From IMG/VR virus record IMGVR_UViG_3300046522_000747: a stretch of 64,000 nt of DNA; one strand, written 5' to 3'. Origin of the DNA: an uncultured virus (IMG/VR IMGVR_UViG_3300046522_000747). Lineage: Duplodnaviria; Heunggongvirae; Uroviricota; Caudoviricetes. A program made the translations under genes and the position numbers. The notes under the pieces were generated by a model, which saw only the letters and a list, made by a program, of their open reading frames with translations, was not told the DNA's origin and made no database searches. Positions 21,207 through 30,889 of the stretch are shown one piece after another (the stretch's first letter is position 1; the number at the start of each line of letters is the position of its first letter).

Positions 21207-21274
21207 GATTGTTTTCTGTATTGACATTTGTGTGCAATTGGTATACAATTGGCGCAAATACAGAGGGCTTCTCT

Positions 21275-23032
21275 ATGACTTTTGTCACTGTCAAACAACT
21301 CATGCGCTGCGCATCACTACGAGAAAACGTTCTGATGTGCGGCTTGAGCGGCGTTGGTAAAACCACGCTTATCATCGAGACCTTTACCAAGCTCTATGGG
21401 GAGATGAACGTCGATTGGATGATGTTCAATGGTGGCACTGTCGATCCCTGGCTGAATTTTATTGGTATTCCAAAAACTGTTATCAATGCTCGTGGCGAGG
21501 AAGTCACGCGTATCATCCCGCCTGAAAGCTTTCCAAGTACTGTGCGGGCGATCTTTTTTGATGAGATCAATCGGGCGCCTGATAGCGTTCAGAACGGCCT
21601 GATGGAGCTGATTCACACCAAGTCCATCAATGGTCGCAAGTTTGATAACCTTGAGGTCGTATGGGGTGCGATCAACCCAGCGGAAGATCGTTACAAGGTT
21701 GTTGCCCTCGATCCTGCGATGATTGACCGTTTCCAGGTTCATCTCACCTTTCCTTATGTGATCGACGAGCCTTATTTCAAGGGGAAGTTTGGCGATAAAA
21801 TTGGGAAGGCGGCTTGTGATTGGTGGAATAGCTCGCTTGATGATGAGCAGCGGAGGCTTGTGTCTCCACGTCGGGTGGACTATGCAATGACAGGTTTCTT
21901 GAACGGCCAGCCGTTGTCGAATTACCTTCCTGATTCCGTGGACTCTGCAAAGCTTGGGGTGGACATCAAAAAGCAATCTGAGAGCGAGATGTTTCTGCTG
22001 ATGGTTCGTGGCTTCAGCCCGGTGGAAATTGCTGCGCATTTTACTGAAGGTGAAATTCGATCAAAGGCAAAGTTTTTTGAGGAAAACATTGATGTTTTCA
22101 AGAAATCCATCATCCCTCATCTAAGCGATGAGACGGTTGGCGCCATCGTTGCGAAGCCTGCTGGCATTCCGAAACTCTACCGAGCAATCTCTGATGCCGG
22201 TCGGGTCAAGGTTGTTGAGTCAGCATTGCCTGCCTTGAAAAATGGCTTCAAAATTGAGGGTATCATCAACACACTGGCACGTTTGCCTGAGAAGTCGCCT
22301 CGTGGCTCTACGGAGAAGCGTAGATCGGCTGAGCCGTATCTTGATGTCCTCGCTGATGCTTATCCTCTGGAGGCCGCTGAGGCGTTCAAGGACAATGATA
22401 TTTTTACCAAGATGACGTTCACGCACGCCACCGGGAACCGCGTCGAGCAGATCATGAATAGCTGGGAGTCGATGACACGCAAATTCCCGGATGTTCGATC
22501 CAAGGCAATCTATTTGCTTTTGTTTACACGCCACAATCGAAGTGCGACTCAAGGGATTGGGAGCATCTTTACGTCATTCAATCGAATGGAGACGCCAGAC
22601 TTCAAGACGTTTTTGAGTGGCCGGGCCAAATCCGAGGCGCGGGAGCAATTTATTTTGGAGATCGCTGCGGTTGCCGTGATGATTACCGTGCTTGTTCAGC
22701 AGTACCACTTGGGGGAAATTATCAGTCCGACCAAAAAATCCGATGGTTTCTTCAAGAACGGCGCACTGAGCGCGGTCATTCAGGCGGGTCAAAAGATTCT
22801 GCGTTCGGCCAGCCTAAAGGCGGTGATCCGTAACGTAGTCAGCGAGAAAGTGATGGAAGAGTTGCGTCTGGCCTTCAGCCTTTCGACCGGCGCGAAGAAA
22901 AACAACTTGGATATCGCCAATCGACTGATGCAATCGATTCAAAACGATATTGATAAGGTATACCCAGCTGCTGATTCGGCGAATTCGGCTGAATTTGCAC
23001 CGGCTACCTCTCTCGCCCTGCGGAGTGCTTGA
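21275..23032 (+). CDS. MoxR/dynein-related AAA+ ATPase
   Basis: GLSGVGKT, FFDEINRA, AINP, LDPAMIDRF; GAGGG SD before ATG 21275. Confidence 0.85.
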   Translation: MTFVTVKQLMRCASLRENVLMCGLSGVGKTTLIIETFTKLYGEMNVDWMMFNGGTVDPWLNFIGIPKTVINARGEEVTRIIPPESFPSTVRAIFFDEINRAPDSVQNGLMELIHTKSINGRKFDNLEVVWGAINPAEDRYKVVALDPAMIDRFQVHLTFPYVIDEPYFKGKFGDKIGKAACDWWNSSLDDEQRRLVSPRRVDYAMTGFLNGQPLSNYLPDSVDSAKLGVDIKKQSESEMFLLMVRGFSPVEIAAHFTEGEIRSKAKFFEENIDVFKKSIIPHLSDETVGAIVAKPAGIPKLYRAISDAGRVKVVESALPALKNGFKIEGIINTLARLPEKSPRGSTEKRRSAEPYLDVLADAYPLEAAEAFKDNDIFTKMTFTHATGNRVEQIMNSWESMTRKFPDVRSKAIYLLLFTRHNRSATQGIGSIFTSFNRMETPDFKTFLSGRAKSEAREQFILEIAAVAVMITVLVQQYHLGEIISPTKKSDGFFKNGALSAVIQAGQKILRSASLKAVIRNVVSEKVMEELRLAFSLSTGAKKNNLDIANRLMQSIQNDIDKVYPAADSANSAEFAPATSLALRSA

Positions 23033-24465
23033 TGGCTGCTTCTAAAGAAATGTCGGTGTTCGAAGGTTCCGTGTACTCGCGGTGTAACGAGGTCTTGAGT
23101 CTGTCGCACATCGCGTTTCTTTATGAGCACAGTACCCTGATGTACTCATTCATGACCCAGCTCGTGACGCCTTTCTTCAGTGATGAGGTGGAGCGAGCTG
23201 CGGTGACCTTTGATTTCACCGGTCGGGCGTTCAAGTTTGAGGTGAATCGAGATTTTTGGCAGCCGCTAAGCTTTCATAGTCAGTGCTTTGTCCTGGCGCA
23301 CGAGATTATGCACCCTCTCTTGGATCACGTATTTCGTGGGCCTGAGTACGTCAGAAACATCAGGGAGAGTGGTGGGAAATACCAGTGTGTTACGGAGGAT
23401 GTGCTCAATCAGATGATGGATATTGAGATCAATGAGGCGCTGGTGTCCGACGCCTATGGTTTCATCCGTTCACTGCTGAGTTTTGCTGATAGTATTTGTT
23501 TCGTTGATACAGTTTTTCCAGAAGAGATCATTGTCTCAGAAAAAATGGTAACGAATCAGAAGTTCGAGTATTACACCGACATCTATCTGAAGCATGTGCA
23601 GGACTGCCAATTTGGCGGTTTGGGCGATTTGATGTTCAACTACATGGGCTATCTGCGTGCCAGTCTTGATCCTGATTTCAATCCCGCGCCGGGTGATCCT
23701 GAAGGTGTTGATGTGCCTTTTGTTCAGCCAGAAGTGACGGTTGATTATGATGAACTCATGGCGGCACGCCAAGCAGTGCTGGACGAGTTCTTTGATGGCA
23801 AAGATGTCACTCCTCAAGACATTCTGAAAAACAAGGACATGCTCAACGCAGGTGGTGCATTTGGTTCTGGCAGTGTGGGTAACATTGCCGTCAAACTTGA
23901 GGCAATGCGAAGCCTGGATGACGCTTTTGATATCAGCATCAAGAAGGTCTCCCAACAGCTGAAGAGGACGCGGAAAAAGACCTGCTGGACTGCTCCAGAC
24001 AAGCGCCTGTATTCAGTAATGCATGGCATTGATCCGTCCATGTCATTGCCGTCTCAAAGGGTGGAAGAATACGAGGTGGATGAAAAGCAAAAACTTCTGG
24101 TTTATATGGATACCTCCTATTCGTGTCTGGAGCATGTCAAAAAATTGATGGAACTGGTGATCGGTATGCCGGAGGATAAGTACGTTGTGGAGACGTACAT
24201 TTTTGCCGGTCATGTCGCTCCGATTGACCTGAAAAGCAACCCGCATTTTTATTCGGGTGGCACGAGCATTGACCGGGTGTATCGGCATGCGCAGGAGCGC
24301 TTTGAAGAGCAGGATTATGACGCTGTGTTTGTACTTACTGATGGCGAGTTCTCCAACTGCCATGCGGCATACAAGCTCCAGTATAAGGACTGGCATTGGT
24401 TTCTGGTTCCTAGCTACGACACATCTGCCCTGCCCTTTAGATCATCGGTGCTTCGCGTTAAATAA
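23029..24465 (+). CDS. metallopeptidase (HExxH) plus vWA domain protein, DUF2201-like
   Basis: LAHEIMH; MIDAS-type DTSYS, GGT, LTDG. Confidence 0.85.
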   Translation: MMAASKEMSVFEGSVYSRCNEVLSLSHIAFLYEHSTLMYSFMTQLVTPFFSDEVERAAVTFDFTGRAFKFEVNRDFWQPLSFHSQCFVLAHEIMHPLLDHVFRGPEYVRNIRESGGKYQCVTEDVLNQMMDIEINEALVSDAYGFIRSLLSFADSICFVDTVFPEEIIVSEKMVTNQKFEYYTDIYLKHVQDCQFGGLGDLMFNYMGYLRASLDPDFNPAPGDPEGVDVPFVQPEVTVDYDELMAARQAVLDEFFDGKDVTPQDILKNKDMLNAGGAFGSGSVGNIAVKLEAMRSLDDAFDISIKKVSQQLKRTRKKTCWTAPDKRLYSVMHGIDPSMSLPSQRVEEYEVDEKQKLLVYMDTSYSCLEHVKKLMELVIGMPEDKYVVETYIFAGHVAPIDLKSNPHFYSGGTSIDRVYRHAQERFEEQDYDAVFVLTDGEFSNCHAAYKLQYKDWHWFLVPSYDTSALPFRSSVLRVK

Positions 24466-24553
24466 TTTGGGGGCGGAGAATATTCGCTTACAAGAATATT
24501 ATTGACTGTTAATGTTATTATCGTCAGACTAAAAATAAAATAAGGAGTGTCAA

Positions 24554-24706
24554 ATGGGTTATCTACTGTGTCTTGCTATTGGCTTTGCTGGAAATGAAAT
24601 TTTTCGTGCAGTGAACCCAAACGCTGCTACAAAAATCTCGAACTATGTGGGTCGCACCTACAATTGTGTGTCGTTGAAAGTAATGGGTCTCAAAGGCAAA
24701 AAGTAA
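24554..24706 (+). CDS. small protein (50 aa), absent from the ORF track
   Basis: TAAGGAG SD; MGYLLCLAIGFAGN...KGKK*. Confidence 0.6.
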   Translation: MGYLLCLAIGFAGNEIFRAVNPNAATKISNYVGRTYNCVSLKVMGLKGKK

Positions 24707-24730
24707 TCCATCCAAAATAAGGTGTGTTAA

Positions 24731-24946
24731 ATGATCAAGGAATTCGCTGTACTAATAGGTGTTCGAGCTGGGCTGTCTATTTTGGCTGCACTGGCTGTGT
24801 TTTTCTTTACTTTCAGCTTTTTCCTGGCGGTTATTGCCATGGCCGTGACCCCTTTTGTGACAAAAGCGCCCTCTAAATGGATTGCTGACCTCATCGTGAA
24901 AGGTGACAATGCCAAGCCAGCAGAGACATCAACAGAGGCGAAATGA
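24731..24946 (+). CDS. small membrane protein
   Basis: TAAGGTG SD; hydrophobic; ATGA overlap with the next gene. Confidence 0.6.
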   Translation: MIKEFAVLIGVRAGLSILAALAVFFFTFSFFLAVIAMAVTPFVTKAPSKWIADLIVKGDNAKPAETSTEAK

Positions 24947-25530
24947 AAAATTTTGCGGAAATTATTGCCGAGGTAGAGTGCTCCGGGGTTAAAGGGATTG
25001 TTTTTGATCTGTACGGAACACTGCTTAGCAAGCCGCGACATTTGAATGCTTACAAGTCCCTGTATCGGCGATTGCAAGAGCATGGGCTGTGCGATACGAC
25101 CTTGCTGGGCGCATTCATGACTCAGCCGTTGTCGGTGGATGATGCAATCGCACGTTCAGGCATTGATTTGCCTCTGGCGCAGCGTGAGATGCTGTATGAG
25201 GAGCTTGCTCTGGAGATAGAGGGGATTGCACCCTATTCCGACTCTCAGCATCTTATCGATGTCGTGAAGGGACTGGGGTTGAAGGTGGCAGTTTGCTCTA
25301 ATCTTGCGCTCCCCTATGAGCAAGTCGCATTGGACAATTTGTCTGGTGTTGATGCCTGGGTGATGTCTTTTCGAGTTGGATGCAAAAAACCAGACCCTCG
25401 AATCTATGCGCTGACACAACAGGCACTGGCGCTGAGTGCCAGTGATCTTCTGATGGTAGGTGACTCTTTGGCCAATGATGTCATCGGGCCAAAAGTTTGC
25501 GGCATGAAGGCCATCCAGATTGTCCGCTAA
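24943..25530 (+). CDS. HAD-family hydrolase
   Basis: FDLYGTL, CSN, KPDPRIY, VGDSLANDVIG. Confidence 0.9.
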   Translation: MKNFAEIIAEVECSGVKGIVFDLYGTLLSKPRHLNAYKSLYRRLQEHGLCDTTLLGAFMTQPLSVDDAIARSGIDLPLAQREMLYEELALEIEGIAPYSDSQHLIDVVKGLGLKVAVCSNLALPYEQVALDNLSGVDAWVMSFRVGCKKPDPRIYALTQQALALSASDLLMVGDSLANDVIGPKVCGMKAIQIVR

Positions 25531-26021
25531 GGATGAGGCTCCATACGCGGCGCCTTGACCCTTTCTAGATCCTCCAGATCAACATTGAGTTCGGCCATTC
25601 GAACAACTGATGCTGATGAAACCCTGTACTCGATGTTGCTCATCTCTGGATCAGGATAAGCCTGTCCACTCCAGTACGAATCTACACACGCGTCTAGATG
25701 TTGCTGGTTGTAGGCGCCGCCATAGAGCATTGATTCATGTTCTGAAAAAGCATCAGAGTACCAACGCAGGTCTGATGCTTCCGGTGGTGACAGCGGCTTC
25801 ACTTCGTATACCGCGTCATTGTAGCCTCCAGCGGCATCGATAAGATCCGGATCTGTCGTGAGGAATACAGACGCATTGCGAGGCGTCTTTCCTTGTGGTC
25901 GTCGAGACTCTATATAGGCTTCAAATGCCTTATTTTCTGGATGCGAGGTGTAGCCATCTTTCTGCGGAAGCAAAATGAAATCCCTGCCGAAAAGCTTGTT
26001 GGAGCCGTGTAGATAGACCAT
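25527..26021 (-). CDS. possible ADP-ribosyltransferase-fold protein (Arr/DUF2441-like)
   Basis: N-terminal YLHGS, PRNASVFLT, VYEVKP, late IEY. Confidence 0.45.
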   Translation of the reverse strand: MVYLHGSNKLFGRDFILLPQKDGYTSHPENKAFEAYIESRRPQGKTPRNASVFLTTDPDLIDAAGGYNDAVYEVKPLSPPEASDLRWYSDAFSEHESMLYGGAYNQQHLDACVDSYWSGQAYPDPEMSNIEYRVSSASVVRMAELNVDLEDLERVKAPRMEPHP

Positions 26022-26059
26022 TAATTACCTCACTTATCTGATAATTATAACATAATCAA

Positions 26060-26087
26060 TTGACAATTGGAATGACAAATGTATAAT
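26060..26087 (+). promoter_or_regulatory. sigma70 promoter
   Basis: TTGACA-16-TATAAT. Confidence 0.75.
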
Positions 26088-26110
26088 GAGGCCATTATGG
26101 AGATTCTCTT

Positions 26111-26848
26111 ATGAACAACACCCTGAACGTTTTTGTGCGCCAAGACCTAAAGATGCGCAAAGGCAAAATGGCTGCTCAGTCATCGCACACCGCTCAGAAG
26201 CTTTTGCTTGAGACGATGAGGTCTAATGGTGACAAGCGCATCATGAGCGCAGAATCGTATCGCGAGTTCTGCGACTTTTTGCAGTCTCGCCCGGTCAAAA
26301 TCCACACTGTCAAAGATGATGAGGCGTTGCATGCAAGTATTGATGTCAGTCGGCCTTACTCGAAGATCATTGATAGCGGTCGTACCGAGTTTAAGGGCGT
26401 GCCGACTTTGACCTGCGCGGCCCAGGGGATTTTCTCCAAGTCGGTGTTTGATGAGCTTCATGTGCCGGAGTCCTATGGGCATGAAATCAGAGCAAAACAG
26501 CTTTACGTGTTTTCTAAAGAGCATCCGTTGTCAAAAGATCGGGCTTGCGAAATGGCTGCGGTCGGTTGCCTAGTATTTCACGCGTCGTTGATGGAAGAAC
26601 AGGAAGATGGCAGCGCCCTTCTCGACGTTGCGGAAAGCACCGAGTTCGGGAAATGGGTCTCGGGTGCTTTTGCAAAGATTGCTCTGGGTGTTCCCACCGA
26701 TGTGGAACTGGCCGAGCTGAAGAGTAAGCTGGAGCTAAACGGCATCCATTCGGTCATGCAGACGAATGAAGAAAATATGTGTTTGGTGATTGAGCCTAAA
26801 ATCCCGGCCAATATTGATCCGTTCACACAGCACCTGACTTTGATCTGA
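26111..26848 (+). CDS. Pth2-type peptidyl-tRNA hydrolase with a duplicated domain
   Basis: VRQDLKMRKGKMAAQSSH, IDSGRTEFKGVPTLTC; second half resembles a degenerate Pth2 (KIAL...LVIEP...IDPFTQHLTLI). Confidence 0.8.
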   Translation: MNNTLNVFVRQDLKMRKGKMAAQSSHTAQKLLLETMRSNGDKRIMSAESYREFCDFLQSRPVKIHTVKDDEALHASIDVSRPYSKIIDSGRTEFKGVPTLTCAAQGIFSKSVFDELHVPESYGHEIRAKQLYVFSKEHPLSKDRACEMAAVGCLVFHASLMEEQEDGSALLDVAESTEFGKWVSGAFAKIALGVPTDVELAELKSKLELNGIHSVMQTNEENMCLVIEPKIPANIDPFTQHLTLI

Positions 26849-26856
26849 GTGGCCAC

Positions 26857-27513
26857 ATGCAATCCGTGGAGATTCGGCTTAAAAGCTGGGCTGTACGCCG
26901 AAACCCAGATGGTGTTTTTGGCGTAGAAAGTCATATGCGAAACCTCGGCATTACCGCTTTGATCGAGGGTATGCCGATAGGTTTTCTAAAGGCGAGCCTG
27001 CTGAAGACTCGGGATGTCTTTAATGACATCGGCGTCGATGGCGTTCTGTCTATCTTTGGTGAGGATGGTGGCAATCCAGAATTCACGGAGGTATTCGAGC
27101 TGATTTATGGCTGTTCACCCAATGAGGCTGAGGAGATATCTCAGATTTCGCCACTGTTCAGTGAGACAGTGACAGGAGGCTTAAATAGCCCAATCGATTC
27201 GATTGCATGTCCATTTTTTAATCTCATTTTTGTTGAAAGCATTGAGGTCGAGCCTGATTACCGTAGGTTTGGCTATGGTGGAACGTTGCTCCGCAAGCTC
27301 GCTCAGTACGCCAATGTGGCAGATTTTGTAATCTTGAAGGCTCATCCGTTCATTCGAGATTATGCGCATTTGACGGAAAATTCCGTTTTGAAGGCCGTTC
27401 AGAGAACCAGGGCTTTTTATGCCCGAAATGGTTTCCATCCCATCGCTGACAGTATGTATATGGTTGCAACAACCAAGGCATTGAAAAATAAACCAGCACT
27501 GGTGATGAGTTAA
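26857..27513 (+). CDS. GNAT-family acetyltransferase
   Basis: VEPDYRRFGYGGTLL acetyl-CoA motif; FYARNGF. Confidence 0.8.
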   Translation: MQSVEIRLKSWAVRRNPDGVFGVESHMRNLGITALIEGMPIGFLKASLLKTRDVFNDIGVDGVLSIFGEDGGNPEFTEVFELIYGCSPNEAEEISQISPLFSETVTGGLNSPIDSIACPFFNLIFVESIEVEPDYRRFGYGGTLLRKLAQYANVADFVILKAHPFIRDYAHLTENSVLKAVQRTRAFYARNGFHPIADSMYMVATTKALKNKPALVMS

Positions 27514-27539
27514 GACGGTTTGTTTGCTACGCTTCTTTT

Positions 27540-28244
27540 TTGGAAAAACCCATGGACATAATGATCAAGCACAAACTTAAACCGGTTGCCCCTTCTAAGT
27601 ACGGTGGAATCGGATTGGCGGCTGACTTTATGAAATCAGTAAGGATTTCGGCCTGCGATGACAATGGTCACGAGATTGGCTACCTGACAGCGACCTTGTT
27701 TAAGTGCCAGGAGTTGCTTGAGGATATTGGGCAGCCTGATTATCTGGTCACCATGTTCGATTCAACCAAAGAGCACGCTCGGCTTGGGAGTGAGATCTAT
27801 GGTTGCGCGCCGGTCGAAATGGGTGAAATTGAGTTCTCAGAAGGGGTTGAGGCGCTGAGTGGGCAGATGAAGAAAGCGCTGGCCCAATTCAAGGTTGGCC
27901 AATTCCTGTCTGGCTTGGCGGCGATGGACTTGATGTACATCACTGATTTTAAGGTGAGCGCCGAGTCTGATCAGGCCAACGTTGGTCTTATAGTGCTCAA
28001 GGGCTTGCATCGGTATTGCCGAGACATTGAGCACGTTTTTGTCTCTCCGAATGTCTTTTACGATGGTTTTTTGGATGACATTTCCAGGGATGACGGCGAC
28101 TTGATTGCTGAGGCGCTGGCGCAGCGAAAGTCATCGATGATTCGTTGGGGGAATTTTGGATTCAAACAACTGGGCAATGGCGATTTTATGTATTGCCTTG
28201 CTGACAAGATGTATTTTGGAGATTGGAGCCCTCACATCAAGTGA
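27540..28244 (+). CDS. degenerate GNAT-like paralog
   Basis: IGYLTATL, EIYGCAP, WGNFGFKQL parallel the upstream gene. Confidence 0.55.
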   Translation: MEKPMDIMIKHKLKPVAPSKYGGIGLAADFMKSVRISACDDNGHEIGYLTATLFKCQELLEDIGQPDYLVTMFDSTKEHARLGSEIYGCAPVEMGEIEFSEGVEALSGQMKKALAQFKVGQFLSGLAAMDLMYITDFKVSAESDQANVGLIVLKGLHRYCRDIEHVFVSPNVFYDGFLDDISRDDGDLIAEALAQRKSSMIRWGNFGFKQLGNGDFMYCLADKMYFGDWSPHIK

Positions 28245-28253
28245 ATTGGTACA

Positions 28254-28277
28254 AAAAGCCGTCAATTGACGGCTTTT
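28254..28277. terminator. bidirectional terminator
   Basis: AAAAGCCGTC-AATT-GACGGCTTTT. Confidence 0.8.
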
Positions 28278-28301
28278 GTTTTTCCTGGATCTATTGGAAT
28301 A

Positions 28302-28742
28302 TTATGCTTTCGGGCTATCTATAACCCGTTTGAAAGATTTTAAGTGAGTACCAAGATACGCCAAAATAGTGATGTACATAAAGCTTTGAATGTAAGTGTG
28401 TCCTAAGTGAGCCAGAGCGAAAAATAAAACGTTCGGAACCACGGCAAATATAATCAATTTTCTTGCTTTAACAAGTTCTTGGATTGGGTATGTATCAGTA
28501 TTGATTTTCTGGCAACGACGTACTGCAATAAATGCTGCAATATGGCTCAGTAAGGCTAGAGCAGTTAGAGCCAACAGCGTTCCGCTTGGAAATCCTGTGC
28601 TAGTTTCTAAGCTTTCCATATTCTCACTAAGGAAAATATGCTGACAGAGTTCGAGCACATCAGAAAGTAGAAATAATCCGATGAAAATTAACGCTACATA
28701 ACCTGCGATGTTCATAAATTTGTCTAAGGGTAGATTCTTCAT
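28302..28742 (-). CDS. membrane protein
   Basis: About four TM segments. Confidence 0.65.
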   Translation of the reverse strand: MKNLPLDKFMNIAGYVALIFIGLFLLSDVLELCQHIFLSENMESLETSTGFPSGTLLALTALALLSHIAAFIAVRRCQKINTDTYPIQELVKARKLIIFAVVPNVLFFALAHLGHTYIQSFMYITILAYLGTHLKSFKRVIDSPKA

Positions 28743-28829
28743 TTTGCGCCTATTTTTATTATTATGGTTGTTTATTTTATCAGTTTATTGTCATGCTCTA
28801 CAATCATTGAGGAACTGCATTAAACGCCA

Positions 28830-29348
28830 TCAATTAGCTGTTTTGATTGGTTGGGCCGTTGTTTTATCAGAGGGCGCCTTAAGGTTTTTGGTGGAAAATT
28901 CCTCTTGCTGTTTCTTCAAAACGTTCTTGAGTGTCACAGGATTGGTGCATCTTGACGACTTGCCCAGTGCTTCAAGAGGGAAAATAGCTTCAAGGCGCTT
29001 CGATTCTGATCCTTTTAAAGCGGCAATGTAGAACATGTTCACAATAATTCGACTGCATTCTCCGCTGCCGTCATAAACAGAATCAAGCTGAGAAACTCTA
29101 TAGAGCACAGCATCACTTGGAAATTCTTCTGCAAGCCTTTTTGCGATTTGTGTTCTGATTTTCCAGCGCACAGGAATTGTGGCGCTGTCCGAGCGGTACT
29201 GTTCAGCCCTCAGTTCCTTGGTCTTTGCCTCCTGTTCTCTTGCATCATTCATTTGTTTTTGCATCATCATCACAGCGGCTGCATTTGCCCATGTATTGGA
29301 GGTAATAAGCAAACTTGCTATAGCTAATATTACTGATATTTTTTTCAT
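28830..29348 (-). CDS. secreted hypothetical protein
   Basis: Signal peptide; GGAG SD. Confidence 0.65.
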   Translation of the reverse strand: MKKISVILAIASLLITSNTWANAAAVMMMQKQMNDAREQEAKTKELRAEQYRSDSATIPVRWKIRTQIAKRLAEEFPSDAVLYRVSQLDSVYDGSGECSRIIVNMFYIAALKGSESKRLEAIFPLEALGKSSRCTNPVTLKNVLKKQQEEFSTKNLKAPSDKTTAQPIKTAN

Positions 29349-29372
29349 TATTACTCCGGATAGTGATAAATG

Positions 29373-29397
29373 AAAAGGCCGTCATAGACGGCCTTTT
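29373..29397 (-). terminator. smpB terminator
   Basis: AAAAGGCCGTC-ATA-GACGGCCTTTT. Confidence 0.8.
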
Positions 29398-29403
29398 CGG
29401 GGT

Positions 29404-29877
29404 TTATTTATTGACCTTCATCAGGCGCTCTTTATCGCGTGCCCAATCACGGTCTTTAACGGTGTCACGTTTGTCATAGTCTTTTTTACCCTTCGCCAGG
29501 GCGATGTCACATTTGATCAAGTGGTTTTTCCACTTAAGGCTGACTGCAACGCAAGTCAGGCCCTTTTGTGCAACGGCCTCGGCCAGCTTGCCAAGTTCAC
29601 GTCGGTTGAGCAGCAGCTTACGGGTACGCGTTGGGTCGGCTATCACGTGCGTACTGGCAGAGGTCAATGGAGCAATGTGCGAGCCCATCAAGAAGGCCTC
29701 TCCATTTTTGAAGACAACATAGCTGTCTACCAGCTGGGCCTTACCGGCGCGAAGGCTTTTGACTTCCCAGCCTTCAAGCACAAGACCAGCCTCGAAGAAC
29801 GTTTCGAGAAAATAGTCGTGTCGTGCCTTTTTGTTCTGTGCAATCACATTGCTTGTTGCTTCTTTTGACTTGCTCAT
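29404..29877 (-). CDS. smpB: SsrA-binding protein SmpB
   Basis: [39 protein letters not shown]. Confidence 0.97.
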   Translation of the reverse strand: MSKSKEATSNVIAQNKKARHDYFLETFFEAGLVLEGWEVKSLRAGKAQLVDSYVVFKNGEAFLMGSHIAPLTSASTHVIADPTRTRKLLLNRRELGKLAEAVAQKGLTCVAVSLKWKNHLIKCDIALAKGKKDYDKRDTVKDRDWARDKERLMKVNK

Positions 29878-30162
29878 AAATCACCAAATAGAGTCCCCGT
29901 CACGCGGGTCGAATAGCACATATTATATTCAGCTTGAGTTCTATGTCAATACTATTTTCACCGCCCTTGGCGAAAAATCCCAGCGTAGGGTTCTGTTGTC
30001 GCCCGCTTCCGTTCGTGGGATTTCCCCATGTAGCGATAGAAACAATGAGATATAATCAATGCTGGCGTAATAGTGGCGCAAATTAACTAACAGCGACCAC
30101 TTGTCAGGTCTATCACGGACAAAAATATACAGGTATGCTAAACTTATTGAAATTCCTCGGAG

Positions 30163-30840
30163 GTGGTGAGAATGACCAAAAAAGTATTGCGCTACGCTGA
30201 TTTCGCACTTTTAGTGAATGTGGATAGCTTCGTCGCATGCTTTGAGGTTGAAGAAAATCTTGAGCCACCTCTCCTTCTCGTGTTTGAGCGATTCATGTCA
30301 ATGAATGTTGCGAACTTTATTGCAACTGGTGGCGCGTTTGTTTTGAATGACGAACAAATGGCTGAAATAGAGCATCAGCGCACACTGTTTGCTGCTGAAC
30401 CCAAGGCTACCGATTCTAAATCAGCACTGAGCATTGCGTACGAAGCAAATCTTGTGGATCACTGTATCGAAATGAATGTCCTCATTCCTGGCGGACAGAG
30501 CGGTTCGACGTTGATTTTGCGTGAAATTGAAGGGAGCCCCTTCTTTCGTATGGTCGCTGTGATTCTTGATGGCAATCGCTTTGCGCTGGGTGAACTTGAT
30601 GTAATCTTTGAGACCACGAGTCTATCCGAGGCGCGCAAAGAGCTTTCTAACGTGATGACCATGTTGAAAACGGCGTTCCCTGAGATTTCAGATAGCGGCA
30701 TTATTATGAGCGCGATCATCGACACGGAAGCCACGGTTGATCGGGGTGCAGAGGTCATGAGCGATATCCAGAAGCGATTTGTTCAGGCCGCTGCGCAGAC
30801 AAGCAGTTCTGTCACCTCCAAAAAGCCTACCTTGCATTAA
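30163..30840 (+). CDS. hypothetical protein
   Basis: GGAGG SD; long ORF. Confidence 0.7.
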   Translation: MVRMTKKVLRYADFALLVNVDSFVACFEVEENLEPPLLLVFERFMSMNVANFIATGGAFVLNDEQMAEIEHQRTLFAAEPKATDSKSALSIAYEANLVDHCIEMNVLIPGGQSGSTLILREIEGSPFFRMVAVILDGNRFALGELDVIFETTSLSEARKELSNVMTMLKTAFPEISDSGIIMSAIIDTEATVDRGAEVMSDIQKRFVQAAAQTSSSVTSKKPTLH

Positions 30841-30853
30841 TTTCAAAAAACCT

Positions 30854-30882
30854 TTGACGCGCCATCACAAGATCCATATATT
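30854..30882 (+). promoter_or_regulatory. sigma70 promoter of the putative ncRNA
   Basis: TTGACG-17-TATATT. Confidence 0.7.
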
Positions 30883-30889
30883 CTCTCCT

